Positions 8,478 through 20,000 of a stretch of DNA of 20,000 nucleotides are shown here, piece by piece; positions within the stretch are counted from its first letter, which is position 1; every line of letters starts with the position of its first letter. The stretch lies in the IMG/VR virus record IMGVR_UViG_3300013426_000033, one strand, 5' to 3'. This stretch comes from an uncultured virus (IMG/VR IMGVR_UViG_3300013426_000033) (lineage: Duplodnaviria > Heunggongvirae > Uroviricota > Caudoviricetes). The translations under genes and the position numbers were made by a program. The notes below the pieces were generated by a model. That model was not told the origin of the DNA. It saw only the letters and a list, made by a program, of their open reading frames with translations, and searched no databases.

Positions 8478-11400
8478 TTATTCTGTAACTAAAACGATAG
8501 AACAATTAACAGGAACTTCTTTAGAATTATCCACCGTTAAATTAAAGTCAAACCATCTCTAAGCAATCTAAGCCATATTAGTTTGCTTAACAGCTTGAGA
8601 GTCAGGCATCCAAATATAATCTGATTCTTCTTTGCCTGTACCATTTTTAGGACCCCAACGATATTTAACAGGCCCGCTAACTGTACCGCCAGTTGGGTCG
8701 CTTGCAATAATCTTACCATCACCAATTTTATCAAGTTCAGTATAAGTATTACTAATATAATTATAAGCGGTATAAGTTAAAGAATCAAGGTCAGAATCAG
8801 AAAGCAAAATAGAAATTCCACCTTCGATAGTTAATTTCTTATCAGAAGTGTAAGTTAAAATTTTCTTTTTATCTATTAATGTCGTTGTACCATTCATCAC
8901 TGAAAGATATACATAAGAAGTCTTTGGAGTAAGCCCCTTATTCGTTAAATTGTCCAAAATTGTAGAATCTTCTATATTGACTCCCCCACTAGTTTGCCAA
9001 TATGCTCTGTATCCATATATTGTTCCAGTATACGCTACTGAAGAATCAAATGTTAAAACAGAACCAGTATAAGAAGAAATTTTATATAAAATAGGGTCTC
9101 CATTTGAATCTGTATAATCTGTAGTTAAAGATTCAGAAATTAGCAAAGATATATAACAATTAGAATGAGAATTTACTAAACTAGCTAAATTTTCATTGTA
9201 CTCGTTAGTTGTAAATATTCTGTTCTGCGAAGTCGCTAACAAAGCATTACTAAGAATAGTATCAAATTCGTTAGTATAAATCTAAGAATAAATCTAACTG
9301 CCAGTAGATTCTCCCTCGGTCAAATCTTTATCAATTACAACATCAATAGCTTTACCTTCTTCATCTTTGTAATCTCCACTTTCATCAAGATACAAATATT
9401 CAGTGTCAACCTGAAGAACCCAGTCGGCAGAACCATCTGCATTAACAGTATATTTATATTGACCAACATAATAAGTTTTAGCTTCTTTTCCAAAAGGAGC
9501 AAAAATAATATCTTTGGTTAAAATATAAATCATATTCTAATCCATATAGTCTGGCTCTTCTTTAAATTCTTCTACAAGCATATATTTCAAAGTAGTTTTG
9601 TTAGAATCAGTATATTTATACTGTAGAGCAAAACCAAATTTATCGGGGACAGTCATATTACTTAACATGCTTTGTATATCATAGCTGGTAGATTTGCCAC
9701 CATTAAAACAAGCTAAAGGCTCGTTAGAACCATTTTTAAATACTTGCATCTTAAGCATATTAGGATTTTTGCGAATCACTTTGTTTTCTTCATCAACGAG
9801 AAGCAAATCCAGCCCACCAACTTTTACGGTATAAACATCTCCACCAAGAGATATATCACCTGACGTAGAAGAAGGCAGAGGAATATAATTGTTCGCAGAT
9901 TTAAGAGTGTATGCTTTATAATTAAGATTATTATAACTATCACTCTTCAAACTACTTTCAATAACAAGTTCTCCTATTTCTTTGTCATAAGAAAGCAACC
10001 TCTTATATTCATCAGCAGAATTTTCATCTGAGAAAATAGAAAGATAAATTGAACGTCTATCAAGCTATCCATTATTTAAAGAAGCAGAGGAGCCAATTTC
10101 ATCTTTAGTAACCTTATCATAATAAACATAATGGTCAAAAGATGCAATTAAAGTATCAATCTTTTCTTCTACAACAATTTTAGTAGAAGACATTGTATAA
10201 CTACTTAAAGTATAATATACGACATTCCCACTTGCATCTTTAATTGGAGTATTTTCATCAGAATACAAAACAATAGAAATTCCATCTGGATAAAGAGGAA
10301 TTGCATCTAAAAGAGCTTGGTTGTCTTGTCTCGTATACAAAGTAGAATAAAGTTCATTATAAAGAACTGTATCTACTTCACTTAAATAAAATTGCGTATA
10401 ACTTGCATGAGCAATTTCCATCAAAGTCTTCAATTCAGTTCCAGTAATATTATTAAAGAAACCAACTTTGTTGTCAGAAGTCACATAAGGGAACCTAAAA
10501 CGAGTAAAGAAAGAGAATACTTCTGGAATCTGAATGGGCGTGTTATTTGCGTCTGCAACCTGAGTATAATTTAATACTCTACCAGAAGTTGTGTCAACAT
10601 AATAATATTTTGAATTGCTACTCAAATACACATCATTGGAAGTAACTGTCTTTTCTGTCTCTCTATCGGTAGAGATAACATAAACAGGACTAACTACTTC
10701 AAGTTTAATAGCTTGTTCATCACAAATCAAAGAGTTAGCAAGAGGGACAACAGAACTATAAACTGCATATTCAATATAAAAAGTATCTTCTTCGCTATAT
10801 GCTTTACCATATTTATCGTGAATAGTTATTCTAACTTTATAGAAATTATTCGTTTCAAAGCCCTTAAAATCCCATTCAAGGGAAGAATCGTAAATATCAT
10901 CAGATTCAGAAATTAAAGTTTCATTATTATAGTTATCAATCGAATACAAATAATAATGGTAATACTTAATTTCAACATTATTTACAGATTCCCACGTCCC
11001 CAAAAAAGCGACATCTCTCCATGGTGCAGGAACAGATTGGTCGATATCTATATAAGGAACAGATTCTAAATCTAATTCACGATAATCTTTATATTTAATT
11101 CCTAATGTCGGCGCTTGCCTTGCGTACAAAACAGCATTAGGAATAGAATCCATAAAGTCAGTATAAACTGTGTAATCAGTTTGAGGAACAATAATTTGTT
11201 GAATATCGCCAGTACTTTGTGTAGCAATAGTACAGTTATTTTTCAATAACCATTGAGTATTATCAAGCTTATTAAAAGTAATATCAGTTTTCTTTCCAGC
11301 AACATATTGTCCCAGCTCACTAATTTTTTGCTTAACATTTAAACGAACTCCATTTTCCCATACAATTTGAGGAGGATTTTTTGCATCCGACTTAATATTA

Positions 11401-12494
11401 ATATTAGGCTAGACAAAAATTTGATGGTCTTTATCACTATTCCAATAAGAGGTCATTATTTTAAAATAAGGACTAGTAATAGCTGCTCCGCCAACTTTTC
11501 TTTCAGCAGAGCTATGATAAGTTTTTTGACTGAAAGTGTTAGAACTGGAAGTTAAATCTTTTGTCCAGAGTTTATAAGTATCACCATTTTCAGGTACAGT
11601 CGTAAACCCCTCTTGCAACCTGATTTCTCCAGTTTCTTGACCATACCCAATAATTTTTCTTTTTTCACCATCATTGGAATTTAAAGAAATATAGTTTCCC
11701 AATTCGATATCATCACTAGGTTCTACATAAAAATTTGTTAACGTGTGCTAATCGGAAACATTGTATAATGTAAAAGTTTTACCGTTTGTATAATTATATG
11801 TGAAAGATTCGGTTAGTTCAATTTTTATAACATCTTTATCCCAGCCCAAATCTGTATAAACCCAGTTGATTTGTCTACGTTCTCTATAAGGCCATGTAGT
11901 AGGATAGGCTAAATCGTCTTCGTTTGGAAGAGTGATATTCATCATACCATCATTTTTACTTGAAGCACTAATTTCTATCCATCTATCATATTTAAGCTAA
12001 TCCTTAACCTTCTTTTTTTCAGAATCACTTAAATTTTTATCAAGATTGACCCAAATTACAGAAGTTGTAGACCCGACAGTAAAACCAGAACAAACCAAAG
12101 TTGTGGGGTCTTCCTCTGCCGTTCTTGGAGAATGGTTTTCATACATTCTAATATTCCACTGATAATCTTTTCCATTACTTAAAGATTGGTCTTCTTCGCA
12201 TTGAGCCGTAACCGACAAACCCTTTTTTCCCTCTTCTTGAAACGTAACATAATTGCCAGTCTAATCCACTTTTAAATTCAAAGAAAGCTGCTCTTTGTTC
12301 CTAATTTCCTATCCAAGTGCTTGAGAAGGCTAATTAAGGATTGTCGTAGCACCGTCTCCTGACAAAATATTGACAGAATACGCTTTTACGGACGTTCCAA
12401 GGGTGTTAACTTGGGCCTAAAACGGGTTCCGAGAGGTAGATAAAATATCTATTTCATTTAAGTTCGGACTCAGCGATGATGCCTTGTATATCAT
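8478..12494 (-). CDS. Large beta-rich putative tail/baseplate protein, 1338 aa
   Basis: SD GAAAGGAG, ATG at 12494. Seven track ORFs (ending 11997, 11748, 11409, 10065, 9537, 9294, 8568) share one frame and each ends in TAG. 13 TAG and no TAA/TGA until 8480-8478. Tyr/Thr/Ser/Asp-rich, directly after the tape measure gene. Confidence 0.8.
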
Positions 12495-12529
12495 TTTCTT
12501 TTAACTCCTTTCATTATATTTTTAACTAA

Positions 12530-12576
12530 GGGATGAGGTGTGGCGAGTTTTTGTTCCACACCACACCCCTTTTTTT
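12530..12576. terminator. Intergenic hairpin; terminator-like on the plus strand, leader structure on the minus strand
   Basis: GGTGTGG...CCACACC stem, extendable with GGG/CCC, followed on the plus strand by T7 (12570-12576). There is no good U-tract on the coding strand. Confidence 0.45.
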
Positions 12577-12585
12577 CATGCTCTT

Positions 12586-12614
12586 ATTATAAGCTATTCT
12601 TATTTAATTGTCAA
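12586..12614 (-). promoter_or_regulatory. Consensus sigma70/sigmaA promoter between the tape measure gene and the 1338-aa gene
   Basis: Exact TTGACA(12614-12609)-17 nt-TATAAT(12591-12586) in an intergenic gap. Confidence 0.8.
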
Positions 12615-12679
12615 TAAATTTCCCCAAATTTTTTACCCTCTTTTTTGAGAATTTTATTTGGATTCAAATCATTTTAAAA

Positions 12680-15600
12680 TTATCCTCTGCTCTTTCGAGT
12701 TACATTCCATCTGGAACCCATTGCGGTTGTTACTCCACTCCAGAACTTAGCAGGGTCATTTACTCCTTCAAGCACAACATCGCCCTGAACAATATATTGT
12801 GTACCACAATTATTATCAGTTCCAGTACGCTCCATTTCAGGAAGTCTCGTGGTTGCCATATTGCGTAACAAATTATAAGCTTGGTCATTATTTAAAACAT
12901 ACTCAGGCTTAGAAGGTGTACCATGCAACATTGCAAGTCCTGTATAAGTTACTGGTCCTTCTTCAAGTCCAGAGGCATAACGTGAAACTCTATTAGAATT
13001 GCTTCCTCCGCCTCCAAGAGAACCTCCACTGGACTAATTTCGTTTAGCCAACCATTGTAGTTTAAGCGTTTCATTCAAAGGTACTTGGGAAGTTCCGTAT
13101 AATTTCCTTAACGTTGGGTCGCTATCAATTTTATCTTTACGTAATTTAGCGTAATACTCAAATTCCGCAGGTGTTTTAGCAGCCAACATCAATTTACCGT
13201 AATCTTCTTTACCATAATTAACCGAAGAAGAGCTGGAACTGGAAGAACTACTCGAATTATTCTTGTTAGAACTAGTCGAACCAGAAGAGCTTCCTTTGTT
13301 TGAATTGCTATAATTATAGTTGGAATTGGAATTAGAAGAAGAATTACTCTTACCCTGATTTGCTAACCACTCTTGATAAATTTCAGCATTGCTTTTTATT
13401 CTGTACGCATTACCCGCGCCATCATAACCAATACCATTACCACTAATATCTGTGTTCTGTCTACGAGCTTTTTCAGCACGATAAGCCGCCCACTTATTAA
13501 ATTCAGTTTCACTTCTAGCGGCTAACATCTTGGCATGATAATCTTCATTTTCATCAAGGTCGGAAAAATCATAAGTATTTAAATCATCTTCATCATAATA
13601 ACCATCAGGGGTATCATTCTTGTCATAGAAATCAGAGGTATCTAATAATTCAAGCCTCTGTCTGCGTAATTCTGCTAATTGTTCATTAGCTTGACGATAA
13701 GGCGTAAGCAAGTTGTCTTGGAAAATCGTAGTATAATTCTTATAGTTCTATTGAATATTAGAATTAAACTTCTCCATATCTGCGGTGATACGAGCGCGAA
13801 TTTCTTCTTCAGAGTTCGCGTTCATAAGCTCTTTTAGGATACGTTCATTTTCAAGACGCTCATATTCCTTATAGTCCCATTCAAGTTGTTCAAGATATTT
13901 ATCCCAAGCGTCTATACGGTCTTGGAGAATTTGTTGCTCTGCATCTTTTGTGTTATTGAGGTCATCAAGGCGGTCTTGTTTATAGAAATCGTCGATATCC
14001 TTCTAAGCTTCACGTAACTTAGTAGGATTGGATTCGTATACCCAACCTATCGAATCTGTTACTTTTGTGACCATAATTAAAATTATGGCGGCAAGGTATT
14101 TCTGCCTTACTCTCGTGTTTCATTTTTAGATTATAGCACGAGTCCAGACTGTATATTATATTATTTAATAATATTATTTAAATAACACGATAGCTGAACT
14201 CAACATGTTACCATATTAAGTATGACAGTCGTTCGAGTTTCTGTTAAAATTATTAAAAAAATCATCCAAAATTTCAGTAAGCCTTTTTTTATCCTTGTAA
14301 GAAATTTCTAAGAGACAAATTCCTTTTTGCTAACAATATTCTTTCTTTATTTTATCCCTCTTTTGTCCATCTTCAAATCTTTTTGCAGCTTTCTATTTAG
14401 ATTCTTCTGTAGGAGTATAAGAAAAATCTACTGGTTTATAATGTTGTTCTCCCTAATATTCTATACATACATTATAGTCTAACAAATAAAAATCAAATGG
14501 AAGAAGCTATTTATATCTACAATCATCAAAGCGTTTCTGCGGGGTAAAATTTATATTATGGTCTTCTAAATAAGTGTAAATAATACTTTCCCCGATAGAT
14601 AGCTTACAAAAATGGCACCCTGTTTGCAAAGTTGTAAATTTGTCTGCTTTTGTAGTAGTTAATCTACCACAAACTTTACAACGACAAGTTACATCTTCTT
14701 TTATGCCATTATATTCTCCAACCACTTCCAAAGAAGGATTAACTTTAGCCAATTTTTCTTCATACCATTTTTTATCTTTTATAAAGCATTCTCTTAATTT
14801 TCTTTTTTTACATTCTGGACAACCTTCTCCTCTTTTTATTTTATTTGGCCTTGCAGAAAAAACGTGCCGATATTTACAAACGAATTCTGTTTTTTCGGTA
14901 TCATTTTTATATTTGCCATAAAGTTTAACTTCTTTATCTGCAATATCTTCTATAAAATCTTCTTCAGTATAATATTTTAATCTGCATCCACAACTTCTTG
15001 CATATAAAAAGCTATATGCGGGAGAAACTCTATCAGGTTTATTGGGATGATTTAGGCAATGAAAAATTACCACTCTTTGATTTTTCTCATTTTTCTTTGT
15101 TCTAACAATTTCAACATTTAAAAATTTAGCTTGTTCTAAATACTTATCTGTTAGTTTCCATTCGAATTTATTTTCTTCTTTATTTTCTTTCATTTTATCC
15201 TCCTTTCTTTATTAATACATAATAATTTTAACAGTCTTACTTCGGTCTCGGCCTTCTCAGGCTATTAACCGATATAGCTATCTTTTACGAGGGCATTGGT
15301 GTTCACCCTCACGGTATACTCTCTCCTTCTCTTTATTGGCGTTCTTTTTAGCCAAAAGAAGATTTTCAAGTTCTATTGCCCTTTCGCGCTCTTTATTAGC
15401 ATCTTCCAAAGGCTTTATTTCATCTTCATAAGCGTCTTCAATAGCATCAATAGCATCTTGCAGTTCTTCCTTATAAAGATTAATTCTATAAACAATTGCG
15501 TCATATTGCTTTTCTTGAAGCTCAGTCTTGTCTTCCAAAGCATTAATTTCAGCTTCATGCAAAGCGACTGTAGCTTCATTTAAACCATCAACAAGGTCTT

Positions 15601-18600
15601 TGATTTGTTCATCTGTTAAATCAGACACATCTTCCAAAGCCTTTTGATATACTTCAATCTAGCTTTGTAATAACGAACTTCTACTTGCATAATAGCTTTC
15701 AATATCAGAAATTCTAATCCACTCTTGAGGTTTGGAATCTTCAAGAAGTTGTAATTTATTAGAAAGTTCTTCAATTTGTGCAGAAGTCCTATTAACAACA
15801 TATTCAACCTGACTATCAATCAAACCAAGATATTTTTCTTGGTCTTCACGATATCTTTGAGAATATTCACTATTACCAAGAGCAACATAAGCACGGGCTT
15901 CAGCTTCACTCATGCCCTCGGTCATATAACCATAAACAGCTTGACTGAAATTAAATTGCATAGAAGCCTTGGTAGCTTCAATTTGCTTTTCAATTTCTGC
16001 GAGAGAAGCATTCATGGCATCATCGTAAGCTGTGCTATTACTCCATGCAGTTCCCTTTACATATTCAAGTTGCCTGTCAGTTAAATTTTGTTGCCACTCA
16101 GAAACTTCTTTACGCAAATCAATCTCATCTTGAAGCAAACTATTAAGGTCTTTCTGATTCTCAAGAAGTTCTTCATAAGTATCAGAAGTTTTGACTAATT
16201 GTTGCTTCATCAGAATCAAAGAATTAATAGATGCCCCATACAATTCAAGAATCTTATACTTATCCTCAACCTCTTCGTCATCAAGGTTATTAATAGCTTT
16301 TTGATTCTCAATGTAATTCTTTTCAGCATCTAATCTCTCTTCTTCTGTAAGATTGGTGTTTTGCATCATGCCTTCATAATAAGCTGCTAATTTTTCAAGA
16401 CTTGCTCTCTTCTTCTCGAAGTACTTTGTATATCCAGTAGGAGTTAAAGTATCTTCATCAAATACCTTCATAGCTTCCCATTCTTTGTCGATTAAAGAAT
16501 CATAGGCTTTGAGAAGGTCGAGGACTTTGTCTTTGGTGTCAGAAGCAGTTTTACCAGCTTCTTTGATGGGATTACGATAATTCTTTTTCCAACTACTCTA
16601 AGTAAGTTTGCCAGAATTAAGCATATCGTCTATTTTATAGCCAAAATGTTCCCAAGTAGCTATATCACCATCATCAAAATGTAACTCACCATCATCGCCA
16701 ACATGGGTTTGACCTGTCCAAGTCCGTGTTTTAGCATTATAATCCATACCACCAGAAAGTTCATCAATTTGAGCTTTTAGAGCATTCATTTTTTCTATTC
16801 TCTATTCTTCATTAAGAGTAATAGTTTTCGTTTCAACTTTGGTATCGTAAACTTTTGCTTTCTATGTGCCAAATTTAACTTTCTTTTTAGCTTCATTATA
16901 TTCTTCAGGAGTAATATCATTATTTTTAGCTTGATTATAAAGCGCCCACATTCCAGCAACATACTCCAAATTATTGGCTTGATTAATTAAAGCATCGCTT
17001 TCCTTTTGAAGTGCATCAATTTTTGCATTTGCAGAGGTTACTGTTGCATCTGCAACTTCTTGATAAGTATTGCCAGCCGCTAATTGTGCATACTGGTTTT
17101 GAAGAGTTGCTAAAGTATTTTTCTTTTCAGCAATAGTTGCCTATACGCTAGCTTGAATAGCTAATAAGCGCACTCTTGCCATAATTTCTTCAGCATCCGT
17201 CTTCAATTTAATAGTGTCACCCTCAAAAGTAAGAGCATTAACATAATCCTCGTTAGCAGCCAAAAGTTCCAGCGTAGTTTCTAAACTTAACTATCCCGTA
17301 GAATTTTGCTCTTCACGAGCAGAAGCTAATTCTTCGAAAATAGTATCAACACCTTCTAAGGCCTCTTTCAGTTCAGCAAAAGTATTAATAATTCCATCTT
17401 CGCCAAAATCTATATCGGAAAACAAACCTTCAAGGCTGTTTGCAATAGTTTGCATATCATATTCAAGGTCGTCTTGAATTACAGCAAGATTAATTTGCTC
17501 ATCAAGTCCTTTTTCAAGGGCTTCGTTCCATTCTTTCCCGTATAGTTGTCCTGCATCATCTAATTCACCTTGTAAATTAAGAATGGCGTTCCAAGTTTCT
17601 TCTCCATAATCTGAAAAAGTTTCTGCAATAGCAGATTTGCTATCAAATCTTGCCCCACTTTGCCATAGCTCTCTTAATCTGCCAGTAATTTCCGTATCTC
17701 CACTCTCATCTACGGCGCGACGATTGGCTCTTCTTTGAGATTCTTGTTGTCTAAGATAATCATCTTTACCATTATAATAATCTCCATTAACAATTTTCAT
17801 CATTGTGTCAGGATTATTAATTGCATTATATCCAATCCAACCTTCTTGAGCTAAATTAAAAGCTCTCTAATATTGGTCTTGGGTCATACCATTAACAGCC
17901 TTCGTGAACTGTTCAGAAATACGCTTACCAATAATGTCAGAATCTAACCCCATAGCTTCAATTAGCTTATCAGTAGAAGAAGCGACAGAAACAGATTCCA
18001 CACCTTTAAATTCAGGATTAATCTTATACCCCATAGTAATAAGGAAAGTCTTAGCATCAGCAGATAACTCGCCATTTTCATCAAGAAGAGCTTCAACTAA
18101 TTGTTTCATCATTTTCTTCTTGGCTTCATCAGATGCACCAACAGTAGCAAATTCTCCCGTGCCATAATACAAATCTACGATAATAGGATTATCTTTAACC
18201 AATTCAGTCATCTGTTGAGATATAGATAAAATCTAAGTTTTAAATTCATCCATATCAGTATATTCTACATCTTCACCACGAATCTTTACCATGGCATTAA
18301 TGAATGTTTGCTCATCTTCATCCATAGCACCAATCGTAGAACTAAGTCCAGAGAACTTATATCCAACATCAACTATACCTTCAGCGGTTGCTGCATAATC
18401 AATCAAAGCATCTGTATATTCTAATACCTCTTGCTTAGAATCGCTCAATACTTTTTCATATGCTTCTTGCTCTGCTTTTAATTCAGCTAATGCTTCAAGT
18501 TGTTTTTTATACTCTTCCGAATTCTTATCAAGAGTTTCAATATAACTTTCTTTCTTAGCTATACGAGTGTTTAAACCAGTTACAGTTCGACCATTAACTT

Positions 18601-19999
18601 TTCTATCTTCTAACTTATTTTGGGCTTTTTGAATATTTTTAGAAGCATTTTCGAATTGTTGGCCAAAAACACTTAAATCGCTACCATTATTAAAAATCTT
18701 GTTAACCCAGTTAAGGAAATCGCTAAAAATTCCACCTGTATCATTATTAAAAAATGCTGTCGTTGAAGCCTCTTTTAACGAAGCCACCATTTTATCAACA
18801 GAGTCAGTTACCTGTCCAACTTTTCCAGATAAACCATCAGGGCCAATTAATTTATTCCCATATTCATCTGTACGAACAACTAACTCAGGGAATGCTTCTG
18901 CTAATTTATTAGATAAATCTAAGAATTGTTGATACTCTTCACTTGTAAGAGAAATATTACGACCTAAAAAGTCAACTCCTTTAGCAAGTTTATCATATTC
19001 AACTGTATTAGCAGAAGAAGACAAAGCATTACTATAAGCCTCAGATGCCTCGTTGTAATTTTCTTGAAGTTGCGTTTTAGCACTGTCAATTCCTTTCATA
19101 ATTCCAGAAACTATTGCTCCTGCAATCATTACGCCTATACCGACCAGCCCTGCTGTCCCCAGAGATGCTTTTACTGCACTTCCGACTGCACTTACTCCCG
19201 AAGAAACCCGTTTTAAAACCGTCCCTCCAACCTAATTAACGGCCTAATTATAAGCTTCTTGATAAACTTTTTTTGCTATCGCGTCACCCAATCCTGAGCC
19301 AGCTTTTGATAATATCTTTCCACCAACGACACTACCCAAGGTCATACCGACAGTTTGCCCGCTAGTTCCTCCAATATTTTTACCTATTGTTGAACCCATC
19401 CAACCACCACTTAATAAACCAAGTAAGCTACCAGCACCAGATAAGGTCATTCCTAAACTCGTTTGTTTTGCAGACTAACCCATGTTTTGCCCCATCTAAT
19501 CAAGTGCTCTTTTACGATTGGGACCAGTATTGTTTCCATTCAACGCCCGACGAGCTAAAAAATCTTTTTTCCGCGCTTCATATTGTTTTAAGGCATTTTT
19601 ATACTCGGCATCGGTCATATTAAGTCTTTTTAAAGCCGCTCTTTTTGCTTGTTCATAAGCCTCAGAAGCTCCTTGCTCATCACCATACTGAGTTGCTAAA
19701 TTCTTTAATGCTACAATATCTTCCCACATAGCATCGTACTAAGCCTCTAATGCCGCTCTACTTTCATTTTTTAAACCAGCAATTAATTTGGTCTTTGTAG
19801 TATCATCTAATAAAGCAACAGTTTCATTTGTTATATTTCCAGATAATAATTCTTCCGCAATTCGTTTTCTATCTACGGATTCTTGCGCTAAAAATGTAGA
19901 TTGAATAATTTTATAAGTAGCTTTTTCTTCATCAGTCAAAGCCGCCGCTGCGCGATTTAATGCGCTACTATAAACTTCACTAGCTACACTATCCATACC
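12680..19999 (-). CDS. Tape-measure-like protein, 5'-partial, about 2020 aa in window; spliced join(>19999..15305, 14050..12680)
   Basis: Track ORFs ending at 19739, 19496, 19244, 18233, 17867, 17291, 16598, 15659 and 13034 are in one frame and all end in TAG (at least 15 TAG). Long helical E/K/A/L-rich sequence, Gly-rich hydrophobic block at about 19100-19450, C-terminal RYASG...LAMLHGTPSKPEYVLN motif typical of tape measure proteins. Splicing gives KERVYREG|IGWVYESNP. TAA at 12682-12680. Confidence 0.85.
14051..15304 (-). mobile_element. Group I intron, 1254 nt, in the tape-measure gene, with endonuclease ORF looped out of P6
   Basis: 5' exon GAGGGT pairs with GCCCTC (P1, U.G). ACCAAT pairs partly with 3' exon ATAGGT (P10). 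P3 GATAGCT(15282-15276)/AGCTATC(14195-14189), P7 GACTG(14230-14226)/CAGTC(14151-14147). A perfect 14-bp stem (15234-15221 with 14254-14241) brackets most of the ORF. Terminal G at 14051. Confidence 0.92.
14216..15193 (-). CDS. Intron-encoded endonuclease, 325 aa: repeated Cys/His Zn-ribbon modules plus a C-terminal Vsr/PD-(D/E)xK-like nuclease domain
   Basis: SD GAAAGGAGG, ATG at 15193. Motifs CKYRH, GCPEC, CKVCG, GCHFC, SIGESII. After TAG at 14509-14507 it continues LLPFDFYLLDYNVCIEY(TAG)GEQHY...RDKIKKEYC(TAG)QKGICLLEISY to TAA 14218-14216. Confidence 0.88.
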
Positions 20000-20000
20000 A

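Noticed and set aside
13220..13350. Low-complexity repeat-like DNA
   Set aside because: Simply encodes the Ser/Asn linker of the tape-measure protein; no regular repeat-spacer structure.
6603..15819. Short alternative-frame minus ORFs (6603-6788, 8537-8734, 15616-15819)
   Set aside because: Nested out of frame within the long recoded genes, with no supporting signals.
330..19623. All other plus-strand ORFs in the track (e.g. 330-710, 5166-5576, 14640-14921, 15776-16084)
   Set aside because: Each lies mostly or wholly opposite a well-supported minus-strand gene and has no recognisable motif.
5854..19999. Decayed prophage or pseudogene cluster as the cause of ORF fragmentation
   Set aside because: The interruptions are exclusively TAG with no frameshifts. 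Random decay in AT-rich DNA would give TAA, TGA and indels as well.
1..20000. Suppressor tRNA, CRISPR array, or DGR/retron reverse transcriptase
   Set aside because: The short intergenic gaps show no cloverleaf or repeat array by eye and no RT motifs were seen. Any recoding machinery must lie outside the window; tRNAscan-SE would confirm.

Overview
AT-rich phage DNA, probably a large tailed phage of a Bacillota host (inferred from AAGGAGG Shine-Dalgarno sites and sigma70/sigmaA-type promoters). All genes lie on the minus strand. The fragmented ORF track is an artefact of the genetic code. About 50 in-frame TAG codons are read through (TAG=Gln, translation table 15), and every complete gene ends in TAA or TGA. 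Re-read this way, in transcription order, the window holds: the 3' part of a >2000-aa tape-measure-like protein; a tail/baseplate module (1338, 339, 413 and 110 aa); a promoter; and a replication/recombination module (59-aa Cys protein, SSB, a dead free-standing LAGLIDADG gene, a Sak4-like P-loop ATPase, a Zn-finger protein and a DnaB-like helicase). Three group I introns can be folded by eye from the sequence. One interrupts the tape-measure gene and carries a Zn-ribbon/Vsr-like endonuclease. Two sit at the equivalent GGT|AAA (Gly|Lys) position of the Walker A motifs of the ATPase (ORF-less intron) and the helicase (LAGLIDADG ORF in the P1 loop). All three endonuclease genes are themselves written in the TAG=Gln code. 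Product names rest on motifs and synteny, not database searches.
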